The notes beneath the pieces were generated by a model that had not been told where the DNA came from, did not search any database, and saw only the letters and a program-made list of their open reading frames with translations. This document shows positions 1 through 10,731 of a stretch of 64,000 bases of DNA, piece by piece (the stretch's first letter is position 1; every line of letters starts with the position of its first letter). The translations under genes were made by a program, and so were the position numbers. The stretch lies in the IMG/VR virus record IMGVR_UViG_3300044716_000090, positions 40,813 to 104,812 of that record, one strand, 5' to 3'. Origin of the DNA: a virus. Lineage: Duplodnaviria > Heunggongvirae > Uroviricota > Caudoviricetes > Crassvirales.

Positions 1-3000
1 TCATGATATTCTGTACCTCTCTGAGCTCCTTTAAAGAACTTAGCCACACCATTCTCAAACGCTCCCCATGCTTTCTCTGTATCATTGATGCTAATAACAT
101 TCTCTAATATCTCATAAGGGATATTGCTAGCGTTCTTAGCATGCCATTCTTTGAACAATGCGATCTCAGAATCATTGATTCTAGCTACATCTGTTCTACC
201 CACTCTTCTGTATTCAGGACCACCAATGTTAATGTTCTTAGGTTGATCTAAAGACTCTGTAGAAGTAACCACTGCAGGTCCAGCTTCTGTACCATAAGGA
301 GTTGTTTGTGTAACTGTAGCAGCTGTTGTAGGAGCAGCTTTTCTTTCACTTAACAACTTAGCTGTGATGAACTCAGCAGCAAACTTAGCAGCAGTTTCAA
401 TAGGCTCATCTAACTCATCAAACTTACCTAGGTCTTTAAGTTGTTGTGTAGCCATAGCTAATAACTCTGGGCTATCAGCAATCTTTTTAATGTTTGGATT
501 TTCACCAACCAACTCTACAACAAAGTCACCTTTACTGTCTGTAGTAACTGTATATGTAACATCACCTACATTAGACTTATAAGTCTTAACATCAGATTCT
601 GCAGGTTTAGCCACAGACTGTGTAGGAAGCTCTAAGCCATTTAGGATGATGTATTTTTGTTTGTGTGTGTAAGGAACAGCCTCTGTAGCCTTAACTACAT
701 TAGTAGTTAATGGAGCTGTACGTGCAGATCCATCAGGATTCTTGCTAGCTAATAAATAAGATTGATAGTTCTTCCAGAATCTTTGTGCAAGCACACCATC
801 AGAACCTACGTACATTTCTACAAATGGCTCACCCAATCCTAAGTTAACTGTAAAGCTATTTACGTTATGGAATATCCCTTGTAGGTTACTCATCATACGC
901 TCTTCTGACTTTTCTAGATTAGCAAAGTCATATGTATTCTCTCCAATATGTAATATAGAACCTTCTATATAAATACGATTATTACTACCTTCACCAACAC
1001 CTTTAGCTACAGCTTCTGCGTTTGTGTAGAATGTAATACCCTGTAAAAATCTTTTGTGTATCTCTCTAAACTTAACTGGCTTCTTAGCAGCAATTTGTAG
1101 CTTAGCATCAGCAGACATAGCTTTGAGTACATTGTATACTGCTGCAGCTTGGTCTTTAGTTAATGGAGAATTGTTTAAGAACTCTAATGTATCTTGACTT
1201 TGGAATACAGGTCTGCCATTAGGGAAGGTATAAGATACACCATCTACATGGTCAATTGCTCCTTGTGTAACAACCTTTATAACTTGTTGTGTAGCAATTT
1301 GATTCTCAGGAATAAGGATATCACCTACAGCTTTTTTAACATCATCTGTAACAGCAATACCTTTAGATGGAGTGAAGTCAAACACTTGATAGCTATCTGC
1401 AGAAGCACTCATCAATTGATCACGATACGCTTGGTATCCAGCTAACTCTGCATTAGCTTGTTCTTCTTGACCAGCTCTATATCTAGGCTCACCTTTACTA
1501 TTAGTTAACTTAGCAGCAGGCATGCTTGTAAACACCACCTTGTTTAAATCAACTTGCTCACCCACCTTACCAATAGGATTACCATTCTTATCTATGAATT
1601 GTCTTTCACCTTTCTTATCTTCTACAAACACAAGACCAATGAATCCTTCAATAGGATCATTCAATAGGTCTGTATCAAAGTTACCTTCTCTAAAAGATAA
1701 TGCACCTAAGCCAGATAGTCCTAGGGCAGCTTCTTGTTTCTGAGAGACAATAATAGCTTTGATGTTCTTCCTATTCTTGAAGTCTTTTACTTTGTTTATG
1801 AATTCATTGTAACGTGTAACGTTAGGGGCTAATGTTTTACTCCAATCTATAGAAGCAGAAGAAGAGCTTGTAAATAATATACTTGCATCTTTCTTAGGAG
1901 TTTCTTTAGAAGAAGGAGTGTTCATTAGATCCTCATCATTCATGCCCGTAGGCACAACTCCAGATGTAGCAGCTAAGTCAGTTTGAGCAGACTTAATCTT
2001 ATCTGCTGCAGCACTCATCTTATTTCTATTAGCTTGAAGATCAGCTTGTTGCTTTAAATAATCTTCTGCACGCACACTAAACTCTGCTTCAATAGCATCA
2101 ATTAATGCTGCATTGTTTAATGAGTTAATATAGTTTAATTTATCTTCTTCCTCAGGAACAACAATACCGGCAAACTCTGGTTTAGATAAAACGTTATCAA
2201 TAGTAGAGTCCATGATATCTCTTAACTCTGGAGATTCTGCACCTTCTTCAGCTAAGTTTAAATTCTTAAATTGTTCAGGACTTAAGAAAGTTATATTACC
2301 CGTAGGCATTTGTACCTCAAGTTCACCACCAAGTGTTTGTGATAACACTTTAATCTTAGGTGATAGAGTGAGTGTATTATCTTCTTTTGTAACAGGTTGT
2401 TTTAAATAATAATCTTTACCAATCTCTAGCTTTCTTTCTTTTGTACCAGGGAACAATTCTATTTGCTCACCTGGTTCAGCAGCAACAGGTTCTTCTCCTT
2501 GCTCCACTGTAACAGGCACTTCTTCTGTAGCACCAAACTCTACAATAGACTTACGTTGGAAGTCTTCAGGTTTATTTTTAATAGCATCGTATTCATCAAT
2601 GAATAACTTTCTACGTAAAGACATTTCTATTACATCAGACAAGTTAGTCTTTAATTCATCCTTAATATCAGAAGTTACATCAAGCTCATTGATTTGCTCA
2701 ATAGCTTTATCTGTAGCTTCTTTGTTTGGTTTAAAGTCCTTAAGGATAGATTGTAATATATCATAAGTATTAACACCAACAGCTGTTAAGGTGTTGTTCA
2801 CTTGAGGGATACGTAAGTCATAGTTTGCCACTTTAGCAGAGGCATATACTAATTTATCAATTACATCAGAAGAATACTTCTTAGTACCATCTTCATTCTG
2901 TACACCAGAATATCTTAAGTCAAGTGCTTTATACAGTTCATTTGTATAGTTTGCCACCTTTTCAAATGTAGCAAGTCTTGCCTGGAAGGATTCTTTTGTG

Positions 3001-4847
3001 TCATTGATGTTAGCAATTCCTTGCTCTTTCAATGCACTAAGTCCTTCTTCAGTCAAAGATTCCATCTGTAGGTCATTGATATCATCTTTGACCATATCAA
3101 ATCTACCATACTTAACACGTGTAGCTAAATAGTTGTGCATTAAATCAGCATCAATATCTTTAGCTTCTAACTTATCTCCTTGAATTACAGCATCTTGTTG
3201 TTGCTGTTGTAAAATGTTAGCTCTGTTTACAGAGTTCATTCTGTCAACAAATGCTTGTTTGAAACCAGGAGTTGAGTTTAACTGATTTAAAAAAGCAGTA
3301 GTGTTATTTTTTAATTGTTTTGCTTGTTGGATATTAGCTTTAGTCTGCATTAGTCCTCCAGTGATACCACCAAGAGCAATGCTCTCCATACCCTCTTTAG
3401 AAACTAAAGCACCAACACCTTCACCATACTTATCTGTTCCAAATAAGCCATATAAGAATCCATCAACTAATACATCAGCATTATCTGATTGGAATGCTTT
3501 GTTATAATAGTTTTGTGTACCAACTTGTAATGCGTATTGTAATCCTTCTTGAGCTGCCTCTTTAGGATCAAATACATATCTACTCACACCTTTAACTCTA
3601 TCAGCAACTTTACCAAACTTAGTTGTAGCTTCTTTAGCTACATATTTACCATCTTTTAATACAACATCATCTGTTCTACCTAACAAACTATTTGCAGCTT
3701 GTTTACTAGATGAATAGTTAGAACCTAATAACTTAGGAAGTTGTACATATTCTGTAGCAGATAGAAGAGCTAAGTTACCAAAGAAAGAGGCTTTACCAAT
3801 CTTATCAGCTTTAGCATCAATATCTCTTAATGTATCAGCATCTGGTTGAGTACCAGTTTTGTCTATATGTTCTTCAATTAATCTATCTCTATATTCTTTG
3901 GCTGTACCTAAAGCTTCAAAAGAAGCCTCACCTGCAGAAGAGTAGGCAGCAACAGCTGTACGTCTTGCTGTGTTACCAAAGTTAGCAAATTGATTTGTAG
4001 TTTTTGCAAGGTCTCCAAGTTTAGAGGTTCTTGCAGTTAAATCAGCAATAGAAGAAATCTCTTTCTCCAACACTGCTGCAGCCTCAATATTCTTAGCATT
4101 ACTAAAAGCTCTTGCTGTGTTTCTTAATAATGGAGTGAATAATTTAAATGCTTGAGAAGACTCAGCAGCTGTAGCACCAGCCATAGCAGCTTTACCCAAA
4201 CCTTGACCTGCTTTTAACAAACCTGTATTTGCAATATTACCTGTTACCATAGCACCAACAGCAAACCCAGAGTTCTTAATTAACTTATCAAATAAGAAGT
4301 TAGCTTTGAACCAGTTGTCCGTAGAATACCAAGCAGCATTCTTTTCAGCATCTGTATAATAGTTAGGAAGATATTCTTGGTCCACTTTATTGTTCCAAGC
4401 ATCTAATCCTCTAGTAGCCTCATTATCCCATATATCAGCAAGTCTTCCAGTGAATGGAGATTTAACAGCACCATATAACATACCAAAGCTACCAGCAATA
4501 GTAGTACCTGCTAAGTTTAATCCTTTCAATAAACCATTGGCAGCTTTATCAGATACAGATTGTCCATAGGCTGCAAAGTCTTCATAGTTAGGAATAGTGG
4601 GATTGAATTCTCTATAACGCTTGTTTGCATCTAATTCTGCATTAGTTACATATACACCTTTTTCAACAGGATTAGAAGCAGCAGAAGCTTTCTTTAATCT
4701 ATCCATCACTCCTTCTGTACCACTAAAATCTTGGTTAGATATTTGTGAAGCAGTTTGAGGAACACTAATGCTACGCTGAGTCATATCAATTGACTTAGGC
4801 GCATTAGGAATTATTTTTGGTGTAAGGTCTTTATTAAAATCAGGCAT
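1..4847 (-). CDS. Giant virion/ejection protein, partial; N-terminus at 4847, C-terminus beyond the left window edge (more than 1600 aa)
   Basis: Hand translation of the reverse strand from ATG at 4847-4845 gives MPDFNKDLTPKIIPNA and stays open. Plus-strand ORFs in 1-4850 are all under 90 aa. It lies directly downstream of the 857-aa gene on the same strand. Confidence 0.55.
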   Translation of the reverse strand, partial: MPDFNKDLTPKIIPNAPKSIDMTQRSISVPQTASQISNQDFSGTEGVMDRLKKASAASNPVEKGVYVTNAELDANKRYREFNPTIPNYEDFAAYGQSVSDKAANGLLKGLNLAGTTIAGSFGMLYGAVKSPFTGRLADIWDNEATRGLDAWNNKVDQEYLPNYYTDAEKNAAWYSTDNWFKANFLFDKLIKNSGFAVGAMVTGNIANTGLLKAGQGLGKAAMAGATAAESSQAFKLFTPLLRNTARAFSNAKNIEAAAVLEKEISSIADLTARTSKLGDLAKTTNQFANFGNTARRTAVAAYSSAGEASFEALGTAKEYRDRLIEEHIDKTGTQPDADTLRDIDAKADKIGKASFFGNLALLSATEYVQLPKLLGSNYSSSKQAANSLLGRTDDVVLKDGKYVAKEATTKFGKVADRVKGVSRYVFDPKEAAQEGLQYALQVGTQNYYNKAFQSDNADVLVDGFLYGLFGTDKYGEGVGALVSKEGMESIALGGITGGLMQTKANIQQAKQLKNNTTAFLNQLNSTPGFKQAFVDRMNSVNRANILQQQQQDAVIQGDKLEAKDIDADLMHNYLATRVKYGRFDMVKDDINDLQMESLTEEGLSALKEQGIANINDTKESFQARLATFEKVANYTNELYKALDLRYSGVQNEDGTKKYSSDVIDKLVYASAKVANYDLRIPQVNNTLTAVGVNTYDILQSILKDFKPNKEATDKAIEQINELDVTSDIKDELKTNLSDVIEMSLRRKLFIDEYDAIKNKPEDFQRKSIVEFGATEEVPVTVEQGEEPVAAEPGEQIELFPGTKERKLEIGKDYYLKQPVTKEDNTLTLSPKIKVLSQTLGGELEVQMPTGNITFLSPEQFKNLNLAEEGAESPELRDIMDSTIDNVLSKPEFAGIVVPEEEDKLNYINSLNNAALIDAIEAEFSVRAEDYLKQQADLQANRNKMSAAADKIKSAQTDLAATSGVVPTGMNDEDLMNTPSSKETPKKDASILFTSSSSASIDWSKTLAPNVTRYNEFINKVKDFKNRKNIKAIIVSQKQEAALGLSGLGALSFREGNFDTDLLNDPIEGFIGLVFVEDKKGERQFIDKNGNPIGKVGEQVDLNKVVFTSMPAAKLTNSKGEPRYRAGQEEQANAELAGYQAYRDQLMSASADSYQVFDFTPSKGIAVTDDVKKAVGDILIPENQIATQQVIKVVTQGAIDHVDGVSYTFPNGRPVFQSQDTLEFLNNSPLTKDQAAAVYNVLKAMSADAKLQIAAKKPVKFREIHKRFLQGITFYTNAEAVAKGVGEGSNNRIYIEGSILHIGENTYDFANLEKSEERMMSNLQGIFHNVNSFTVNLGLGEPFVEMYVGSDGVLAQRFWKNYQSYLLASKNPDGSARTAPLTTNVVKATEAVPYTHKQKYIILNGLELPTQSVAKPAESDVKTYKSNVGDVTYTVTTDSKGDFVVELVGENPNIKKIADSPELLAMATQQLKDLGKFDELDEPIETAAKFAAEFITAKLLSERKAAPTTAATVTQTTPYGTEAGPAVVTSTESLDQPKNINIGGPEYRRVGRTDVARINDSEIALFKEWHAKNASNIPYEILENVISINDTEKAWGAFENGVAKFFKGAQRGTEYH

Positions 4848-4855
4848 TACTATAA

Positions 4856-7429
4856 TTATTGGTAGGTTCTTCTAATTTCATCTTTCAAAGACTGAGGCAC
4901 TCTATCACTTTGCAAAAAGATATTTAATATATCGTTATCTGTAAATTTGGATATCTCAGCTTGAGCATTTTTAATATCTAGAGGTATATCATCTAACTGT
5001 AAATTCTTCCAACCAGAAGGTAACTTTAAGTTTAAGTTTAGATAGTTTAGTGCACTCATTTGATCCTTCTGTAGATCCCCTGTAACAGAAACTCTTTTTG
5101 TGTTAGAGAATGCTCTAGGCTGGAAGTATGACTTTCTAGGATCATTTGATGGGTTGGTGTTACCATCAAAGTGTTGTTGCACTTCTCTGATATTTTCTTC
5201 CTCATATGTTAAGTCTGTATTAGACTTAGGTAATTGACTAATCAATGTTGGTATTAAAGGAATAACTATTTCTTCACTACCCTTCTGCATTACTAAAAAC
5301 TTCTTATCTCCTTGAGTGAGTTTAGAATACATGATGCTTCCTTTATCTTTACCAATCAACCAGTTTTTAGCAGAGGCTGCTTGGTCTGTGCTTAATTCAG
5401 CAGCACCTCCAGGTTGAGAACCTGCCACACCTGTATAAGTGTTAAGGGCCATGTTAGCAAGAGTTTCTAATCTTTCTCTAGACTGAGCACCATCTTTACC
5501 TGAAACAATGATAGCCTGCATCTTAGGAATGTACTTACCAGTCTTTTCTAACAGTGAGTTTCTGAAAGTATCATCAAAAGTCTTTTTGCTATTTTCAAAC
5601 TGTTGAAGAATAGGTCTGTGTCTAGTGATGAGAGCATTTATTGTACGAGCAGCTTCTGGATTCTTAGAGCTGTTTTCTAATATATTATAGATTTCTTTCT
5701 CTTTACCATTTAAAGTTTTAGGATCTATATAATCCATTTGAGCTCCTTTGAACTTAAGGTCTTCCGCAGACTTTCCTGTAACTCTCTTAACTTTAGCAAC
5801 AAAGTCAGCAATCTCTTTATTTGTAAAGCTAACAACATTACCACTTGATGTTCTTATATTAGCACCTGGTAATTGAGCAACTGCTCTATTGTAAGCTTCT
5901 CTAGAAGCCATCACCTTTGGATCGTTGCTAACTTCTTTTTCAGTTTTAGTTAATAATGCATCAAGTCTATCAGCTTGTAACAAGTTTTCAACAGCCATGT
6001 CAGCCTTACCCCTATAGTCTACATTGATTTTATTTTTATCACCATTTTGATAGGCTGTTAATTTGTTCTGTGCTTCAGACAAACTAATTCCTAACTTATT
6101 TGCATAACTTTTAACAAAGTCATTATATTGAGACTTATATTCATCTCTGTCTTGTTGAATAGCAATAACAGGATCTTTTACTTGTGTAGATGTTCCAAGA
6201 TAGGTTTCAATACCACCAACATCACCATACACACTCTTTATCTGAAGATCAAGTTTTTGTTTTTCAATAGTGAGGTTTTGAGTATCCATAAACTTATCCC
6301 AAGAGAACTTTTGTTCAGATAAAGCTTGACTTCTCTTCCTTAGATTAAGATCTTCCACCTTAAACTTATAGTCTTGGTATGGATTATCTAAGATTTGTTT
6401 CTTTCTTTTCTCCCAAGAAAAGGCTTCAGCAAATGAATTAATAAACCCATTCTTGTAAATTTCAGCCTTAGCTTCATCAGGATTCTCAGTAACATATTTT
6501 AGCTCTCTAGCTAATTGTTCTGGTAAAGCAGATTTCTTATCTTTTAACTCTTGGATTGCATCTAATGTTTTATTATATTCTTCAGTGTCAGACTTACTAG
6601 CATTAGCATGTCCTTCCAACTTAGTAATCATTTCATTATATGAATCTTCTGTATTTTTGAATCTATCTTTAGCCACTCTACTTAAATCTTCAGGAGTAGC
6701 ATTTCTAAACTGATACCTACCTGATATAGCCAATTGATTAAGATCTGTAGGAGTCAAAGATGTGTTGATAGCATTTTGGATTTGGGTTGCTGTTACAGCC
6801 TCACCACTTATCCTAGTCATTACAGCTGCAATCTTTCCAACATTAACTGTACCATCAGCATTCATCTCCCAAGGAATATCTTCCTCTCTAACATTAGGAT
6901 TAATCTTACCAATCACATCTGTCATAATCTTCTTTCTAACATCAGTGTAAGGAGTGTATCTACCTCTAAATACTTGACCAGCTTTATCAGAAGATAACCA
7001 AGAATTAGCTTGTTTGTTAAAATCTTCAATGTTCTCTACAGAAGATTTACCATCTGCAATTGCTTTCTCCATCTCAGTTAGTTGTTTTCTATACCAAGCT
7101 GTAGAAGAAACAGCATTTTGAACATTTCGATCTTTGACAATTTGAGTAGCCATACCTCCAACAGAATTAACCAATTGTTGATTGGAGAAGTCACCAGCTG
7201 CTACTGTCTTCAAATTATTACCCAGTTGATTTAACTTTGATTGTAGATATTTTTTATCTGCATCATTAGCAACATCCATTCCAGCTATGTTGTCTATATA
7301 GCCTTGGATCTTTTGTACACCTTGGTCATATTGGGCTTGCTTTTGCATGCCAACTTGAACCATTGCCTCAATAGGCAATTGTTGTACGTAGGGGTTAAAT
7401 TGTGATATTTGGTCGGTAAATGAAGCCAT
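4856..7429 (-). CDS. Large virion protein (857 aa), coiled-coil rich, function unknown
   Basis: Long ORF in the six-frame track within a co-directional structural gene run. Lys/Glu/Gln-rich heptad-like composition. Confidence 0.7.
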   Translation of the reverse strand: MASFTDQISQFNPYVQQLPIEAMVQVGMQKQAQYDQGVQKIQGYIDNIAGMDVANDADKKYLQSKLNQLGNNLKTVAAGDFSNQQLVNSVGGMATQIVKDRNVQNAVSSTAWYRKQLTEMEKAIADGKSSVENIEDFNKQANSWLSSDKAGQVFRGRYTPYTDVRKKIMTDVIGKINPNVREEDIPWEMNADGTVNVGKIAAVMTRISGEAVTATQIQNAINTSLTPTDLNQLAISGRYQFRNATPEDLSRVAKDRFKNTEDSYNEMITKLEGHANASKSDTEEYNKTLDAIQELKDKKSALPEQLARELKYVTENPDEAKAEIYKNGFINSFAEAFSWEKRKKQILDNPYQDYKFKVEDLNLRKRSQALSEQKFSWDKFMDTQNLTIEKQKLDLQIKSVYGDVGGIETYLGTSTQVKDPVIAIQQDRDEYKSQYNDFVKSYANKLGISLSEAQNKLTAYQNGDKNKINVDYRGKADMAVENLLQADRLDALLTKTEKEVSNDPKVMASREAYNRAVAQLPGANIRTSSGNVVSFTNKEIADFVAKVKRVTGKSAEDLKFKGAQMDYIDPKTLNGKEKEIYNILENSSKNPEAARTINALITRHRPILQQFENSKKTFDDTFRNSLLEKTGKYIPKMQAIIVSGKDGAQSRERLETLANMALNTYTGVAGSQPGGAAELSTDQAASAKNWLIGKDKGSIMYSKLTQGDKKFLVMQKGSEEIVIPLIPTLISQLPKSNTDLTYEEENIREVQQHFDGNTNPSNDPRKSYFQPRAFSNTKRVSVTGDLQKDQMSALNYLNLNLKLPSGWKNLQLDDIPLDIKNAQAEISKFTDNDILNIFLQSDRVPQSLKDEIRRTYQ

Positions 7430-7515
7430 GATATTTGGATTAGCAAATGTAATTTAAATTATTATATGTACCAAGAACTATAACGATTTTTGGTAATCTG
7501 CTATAATTGAATTAG

Positions 7516-10500
7516 TTAGAGATTTTTAATAGCTTTGACAATATTGCCGTTTCTTTTAACTGTAGTAGAGCCAGTTTTTTCCTTACTTCCTGTAATGTTA
7601 CCAGTCTTATCTCTACTTACAATTTTCTCATAGTAGTCTTTTATTCTGGTCTTTTCGTTTTCTGTTAAATCGTCCACACTACCAACGTCTGGTATATTAA
7701 AACGTTGTAAAGGGTTTACATTAATAGCTCTTCCTCTATTGTCATATCTATAGTTGTATAGATTTTCATATACACCTGCTGTTCTGTTTTCTAGTCTATT
7801 CCTGCTGTATTTATCAGAAATAGAGTTAAGAGCAGCTTGTGTTTGAGCTTTGGTATTAGATAGGGCTTGTGATTGTCTAACCATTTGTTGGTCATAGATG
7901 CCTATGTTCTTAAGTTGAGCATCATTTAATATGTTCCTATTAGCCTCATAAACACGAGCTCTTTCAGCTTGGTTTAATCTGGTTTGTTGTCCTAGGACAG
8001 CAGAGTTGGCTGCATATTTTTGAGCGTTCAATTGAGACAAGGCAGCTGGATTATATCCTACCATTCTTTGAGTGGCATTGTAATCTGCCTGATTAGCATT
8101 TAATTGATCCTGTAGAGAGATATCAAATGGGGTGCTTAACATAGGTTTATAGCTCTGAGCAAACACTGGTTCCACCTGATTAGCAGACAATGCAAACATT
8201 TCTCCAGATAGTTGTGTAGGGTCTAACTCAAGCTGGTTGCTAGGTCTTACATAAGGAAGAACAGTATTGTATATATCTTGCCAGCTATATTTTTTAGGAA
8301 CATCACCTTTCTCTTCTGTACCTGTTGTTATTGGAACAATAGGAGAAATGACATCTGTAATAGATGGTTCTGTAACAGGAGGTTTGGTTTCAGTTTTTTT
8401 AGGAGTAAGTTTATCAATAATATTATTCATTATATCATGATAAACACCTACTCTTGAATCTGTAGCTAAATACTTAGCTCGTTTAACCTTTTCTTCAAAT
8501 GTTTTAGCCTTTGCTAATTCCTTTTTAGCTGCTTCAGCACCTTCTCCTGTATAGTTTTCTATACTCTTGATAATTTCTTTAGCGGAAGTTGGATCAGAAA
8601 AAGCTTCCTCAACTTTAGGTTTCCATTCTGTTTCATATCTTCCAGCAGTGAAAATAGGATTTTCAGTTTGACCTAATGGACTATAATCAAGTGGATATTT
8701 TCCTGAACCTTTGATTTTAAACTTACCTCCCTTCTGAGCTGATTGTTTATCAGGCTGAGAGTTTCCAATTTGAACCCTATTAGCTTTAACATCCTTATTA
8801 AACTTAGCCACATCAGAATATCCAAACTCCTCAGAAGCATCATGGATGGCTTGTTGTAATGTACCAAGTTTTTGTGTTTCAACAGCAATATCTTTTAACT
8901 TCATATTGCCACCAAGAATTTGTGCTTGTAATGAATTCATTTCTAAGTTGTCAAATGGTGTAAGCACTTCTAAGTCGTTTAACTTATCTGTAGCTTTCTC
9001 AACCATCTTATTTTGTTTAGTTGTATTTTTAGTTAGTTCTGTACCATAGGTTTTAAACTTCTTACCCTTAGCGTTCTTATTAAGATCAGCTAAAGCGTAG
9101 TTAGGTATATCAAGAGCACCAAGTACCATTAGGTTCTTTTCCCCTGTACCACCATCTTCAAGTTTAACCATAGGCTCACCTCTTTCCACTTCTACAGGAT
9201 TATCACCAAACGTAATACCAATACCTGTATTACCCTTACCATCACTTTGAGAATGATAGTTTCCTCTAGGCATGTATGTTATACCACCGTCTGGTAAATA
9301 AGGATTCTCAGAAACAGGTTCTGTATATCCACCCCAATGAGTTTGAAGCTCACCACCCATTTGGAAGTCAGGTCTTTCTGTAGACATAGCTGCAGCACTA
9401 GGAGGAGTGTATTCTTTTAAATGACCACCAGCACGTAACATCTCTGCATCATGAGGAGGTTTTAATAAGTCTTTTAACTTGTGCTCACCAAAGGTAGCAA
9501 TCACTTGTGGCTGCCAATCATGACTTACCCATCCACCCTCTTCCATGAATCCACTGTTCTGATTCTGAATTTGCTGAGCTCCTTGTTGTAAAGCAGACAT
9601 TCCTAGATTTTGAAAACCTTGTTCATTTCTTTTTCTAGTTCCAGCATTCATTATTGCAGTGGTTAAATCTGTTGCAATGTTTACACCTGCCATTATAGGG
9701 TTGTTAAATGTATCTGCAAATCCACCAGCTTGGAACTGTTTAATGTTAGTGTTACGTAGTGGAGTGTATTCAAGATCTGTGTAGATTGAGTTTGGAGCAT
9801 AAGTGTTCTGAATCTCAGTAGGGTTGCCACCAATCATAGCACCATCCTCAGCTAGATAGTTTGTACCTTCTCCTCTAGGTCTGTTCATTTGATTTTGATC
9901 AAATCTCATATCCTCAGGTCTAACATATCTACGCTTGCTGATTTCTCCTCTTGTACCAGCAGCTTCTTTTGTAAGTCCACTTACACCTACAAATTGATTT
10001 GATTGTTGTCTAGCTCTGATTGCACCTTGTATCTTTTGAAAGTTACCAACTAGCTGTTCAGCACCTGGAGCATAACTAGCTACAGTGTTTAACAACTCAT
10101 TACCACCTGCACCACCTTGCCCACCTGGACTATATGCAAATCCTTGTTGTATTTGAGGATTGCTAGGATTACCACCTGGTTGTATTGGATACATACCAGC
10201 ACTAGGATTAGCAGGACTACCAGGTACACCAGTAGGACCACCCCCCATAAGAGGTTGATTAGGTCCCCATTGTAACTTAGGTACATTACCACCCTTTCTC
10301 ATAGCCATCATTGCCACGTTAGCTATCTTACCTATGTTTTCTATATCTTTATTACCACCACCCTTATTATTAGAATTAGCAGCCATCTGTTGCTGAGCTT
10401 CAGTGGCAGCTCTTTCATTTCTCATATCATTGGTCATACCTGTGGTCTGATAATCAAGATTATCATAGATGTCAGCAAAAGCAACACCATCAGTAACATC

Positions 10501-10713
10501 TTGTTCACCACCCATGTATGTACCCACCTGAGCTTGAGGAGGATTAGCAAAGTCAGTCAATTGTGTCAACTGTCTTTTTACCATAGCTTTACCCATAGCA
10601 GCTTTCTTCAAAGATTTACCATGCTTAGCCATAAATGCTTCTTCTGTAGGAAACTTCTTGTAGAATTCCTTTTCAGATTTAACTCCTGCGATCTTAAGGA
10701 TTTGATCTTTCAT
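7516..10713 (-). CDS. Large internal virion/ejection-like protein (1065 aa) with a Gly/Asn/Gln/Pro-rich low-complexity segment
   Basis: Long ORF. Residues about 115-235 are low complexity (NSNNKGGGNKD ... GGQGGAGGN). Sits among tail and giant-protein genes. Confidence 0.7.
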   Translation of the reverse strand: MKDQILKIAGVKSEKEFYKKFPTEEAFMAKHGKSLKKAAMGKAMVKRQLTQLTDFANPPQAQVGTYMGGEQDVTDGVAFADIYDNLDYQTTGMTNDMRNERAATEAQQQMAANSNNKGGGNKDIENIGKIANVAMMAMRKGGNVPKLQWGPNQPLMGGGPTGVPGSPANPSAGMYPIQPGGNPSNPQIQQGFAYSPGGQGGAGGNELLNTVASYAPGAEQLVGNFQKIQGAIRARQQSNQFVGVSGLTKEAAGTRGEISKRRYVRPEDMRFDQNQMNRPRGEGTNYLAEDGAMIGGNPTEIQNTYAPNSIYTDLEYTPLRNTNIKQFQAGGFADTFNNPIMAGVNIATDLTTAIMNAGTRKRNEQGFQNLGMSALQQGAQQIQNQNSGFMEEGGWVSHDWQPQVIATFGEHKLKDLLKPPHDAEMLRAGGHLKEYTPPSAAAMSTERPDFQMGGELQTHWGGYTEPVSENPYLPDGGITYMPRGNYHSQSDGKGNTGIGITFGDNPVEVERGEPMVKLEDGGTGEKNLMVLGALDIPNYALADLNKNAKGKKFKTYGTELTKNTTKQNKMVEKATDKLNDLEVLTPFDNLEMNSLQAQILGGNMKLKDIAVETQKLGTLQQAIHDASEEFGYSDVAKFNKDVKANRVQIGNSQPDKQSAQKGGKFKIKGSGKYPLDYSPLGQTENPIFTAGRYETEWKPKVEEAFSDPTSAKEIIKSIENYTGEGAEAAKKELAKAKTFEEKVKRAKYLATDSRVGVYHDIMNNIIDKLTPKKTETKPPVTEPSITDVISPIVPITTGTEEKGDVPKKYSWQDIYNTVLPYVRPSNQLELDPTQLSGEMFALSANQVEPVFAQSYKPMLSTPFDISLQDQLNANQADYNATQRMVGYNPAALSQLNAQKYAANSAVLGQQTRLNQAERARVYEANRNILNDAQLKNIGIYDQQMVRQSQALSNTKAQTQAALNSISDKYSRNRLENRTAGVYENLYNYRYDNRGRAINVNPLQRFNIPDVGSVDDLTENEKTRIKDYYEKIVSRDKTGNITGSKEKTGSTTVKRNGNIVKAIKNL

Positions 10714-10731
10714 ATTGAACGTTTGTGTGTT

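Noticed and set aside
364-3507. Short plus-strand ORFs (364..582, 1194..1445, 1522..1743, 2212..2409, 3301..3507)
   Set aside because: All lie inside the long minus-strand giant-protein ORF. They have odd composition and no plausible starts, so I treated them as spurious.
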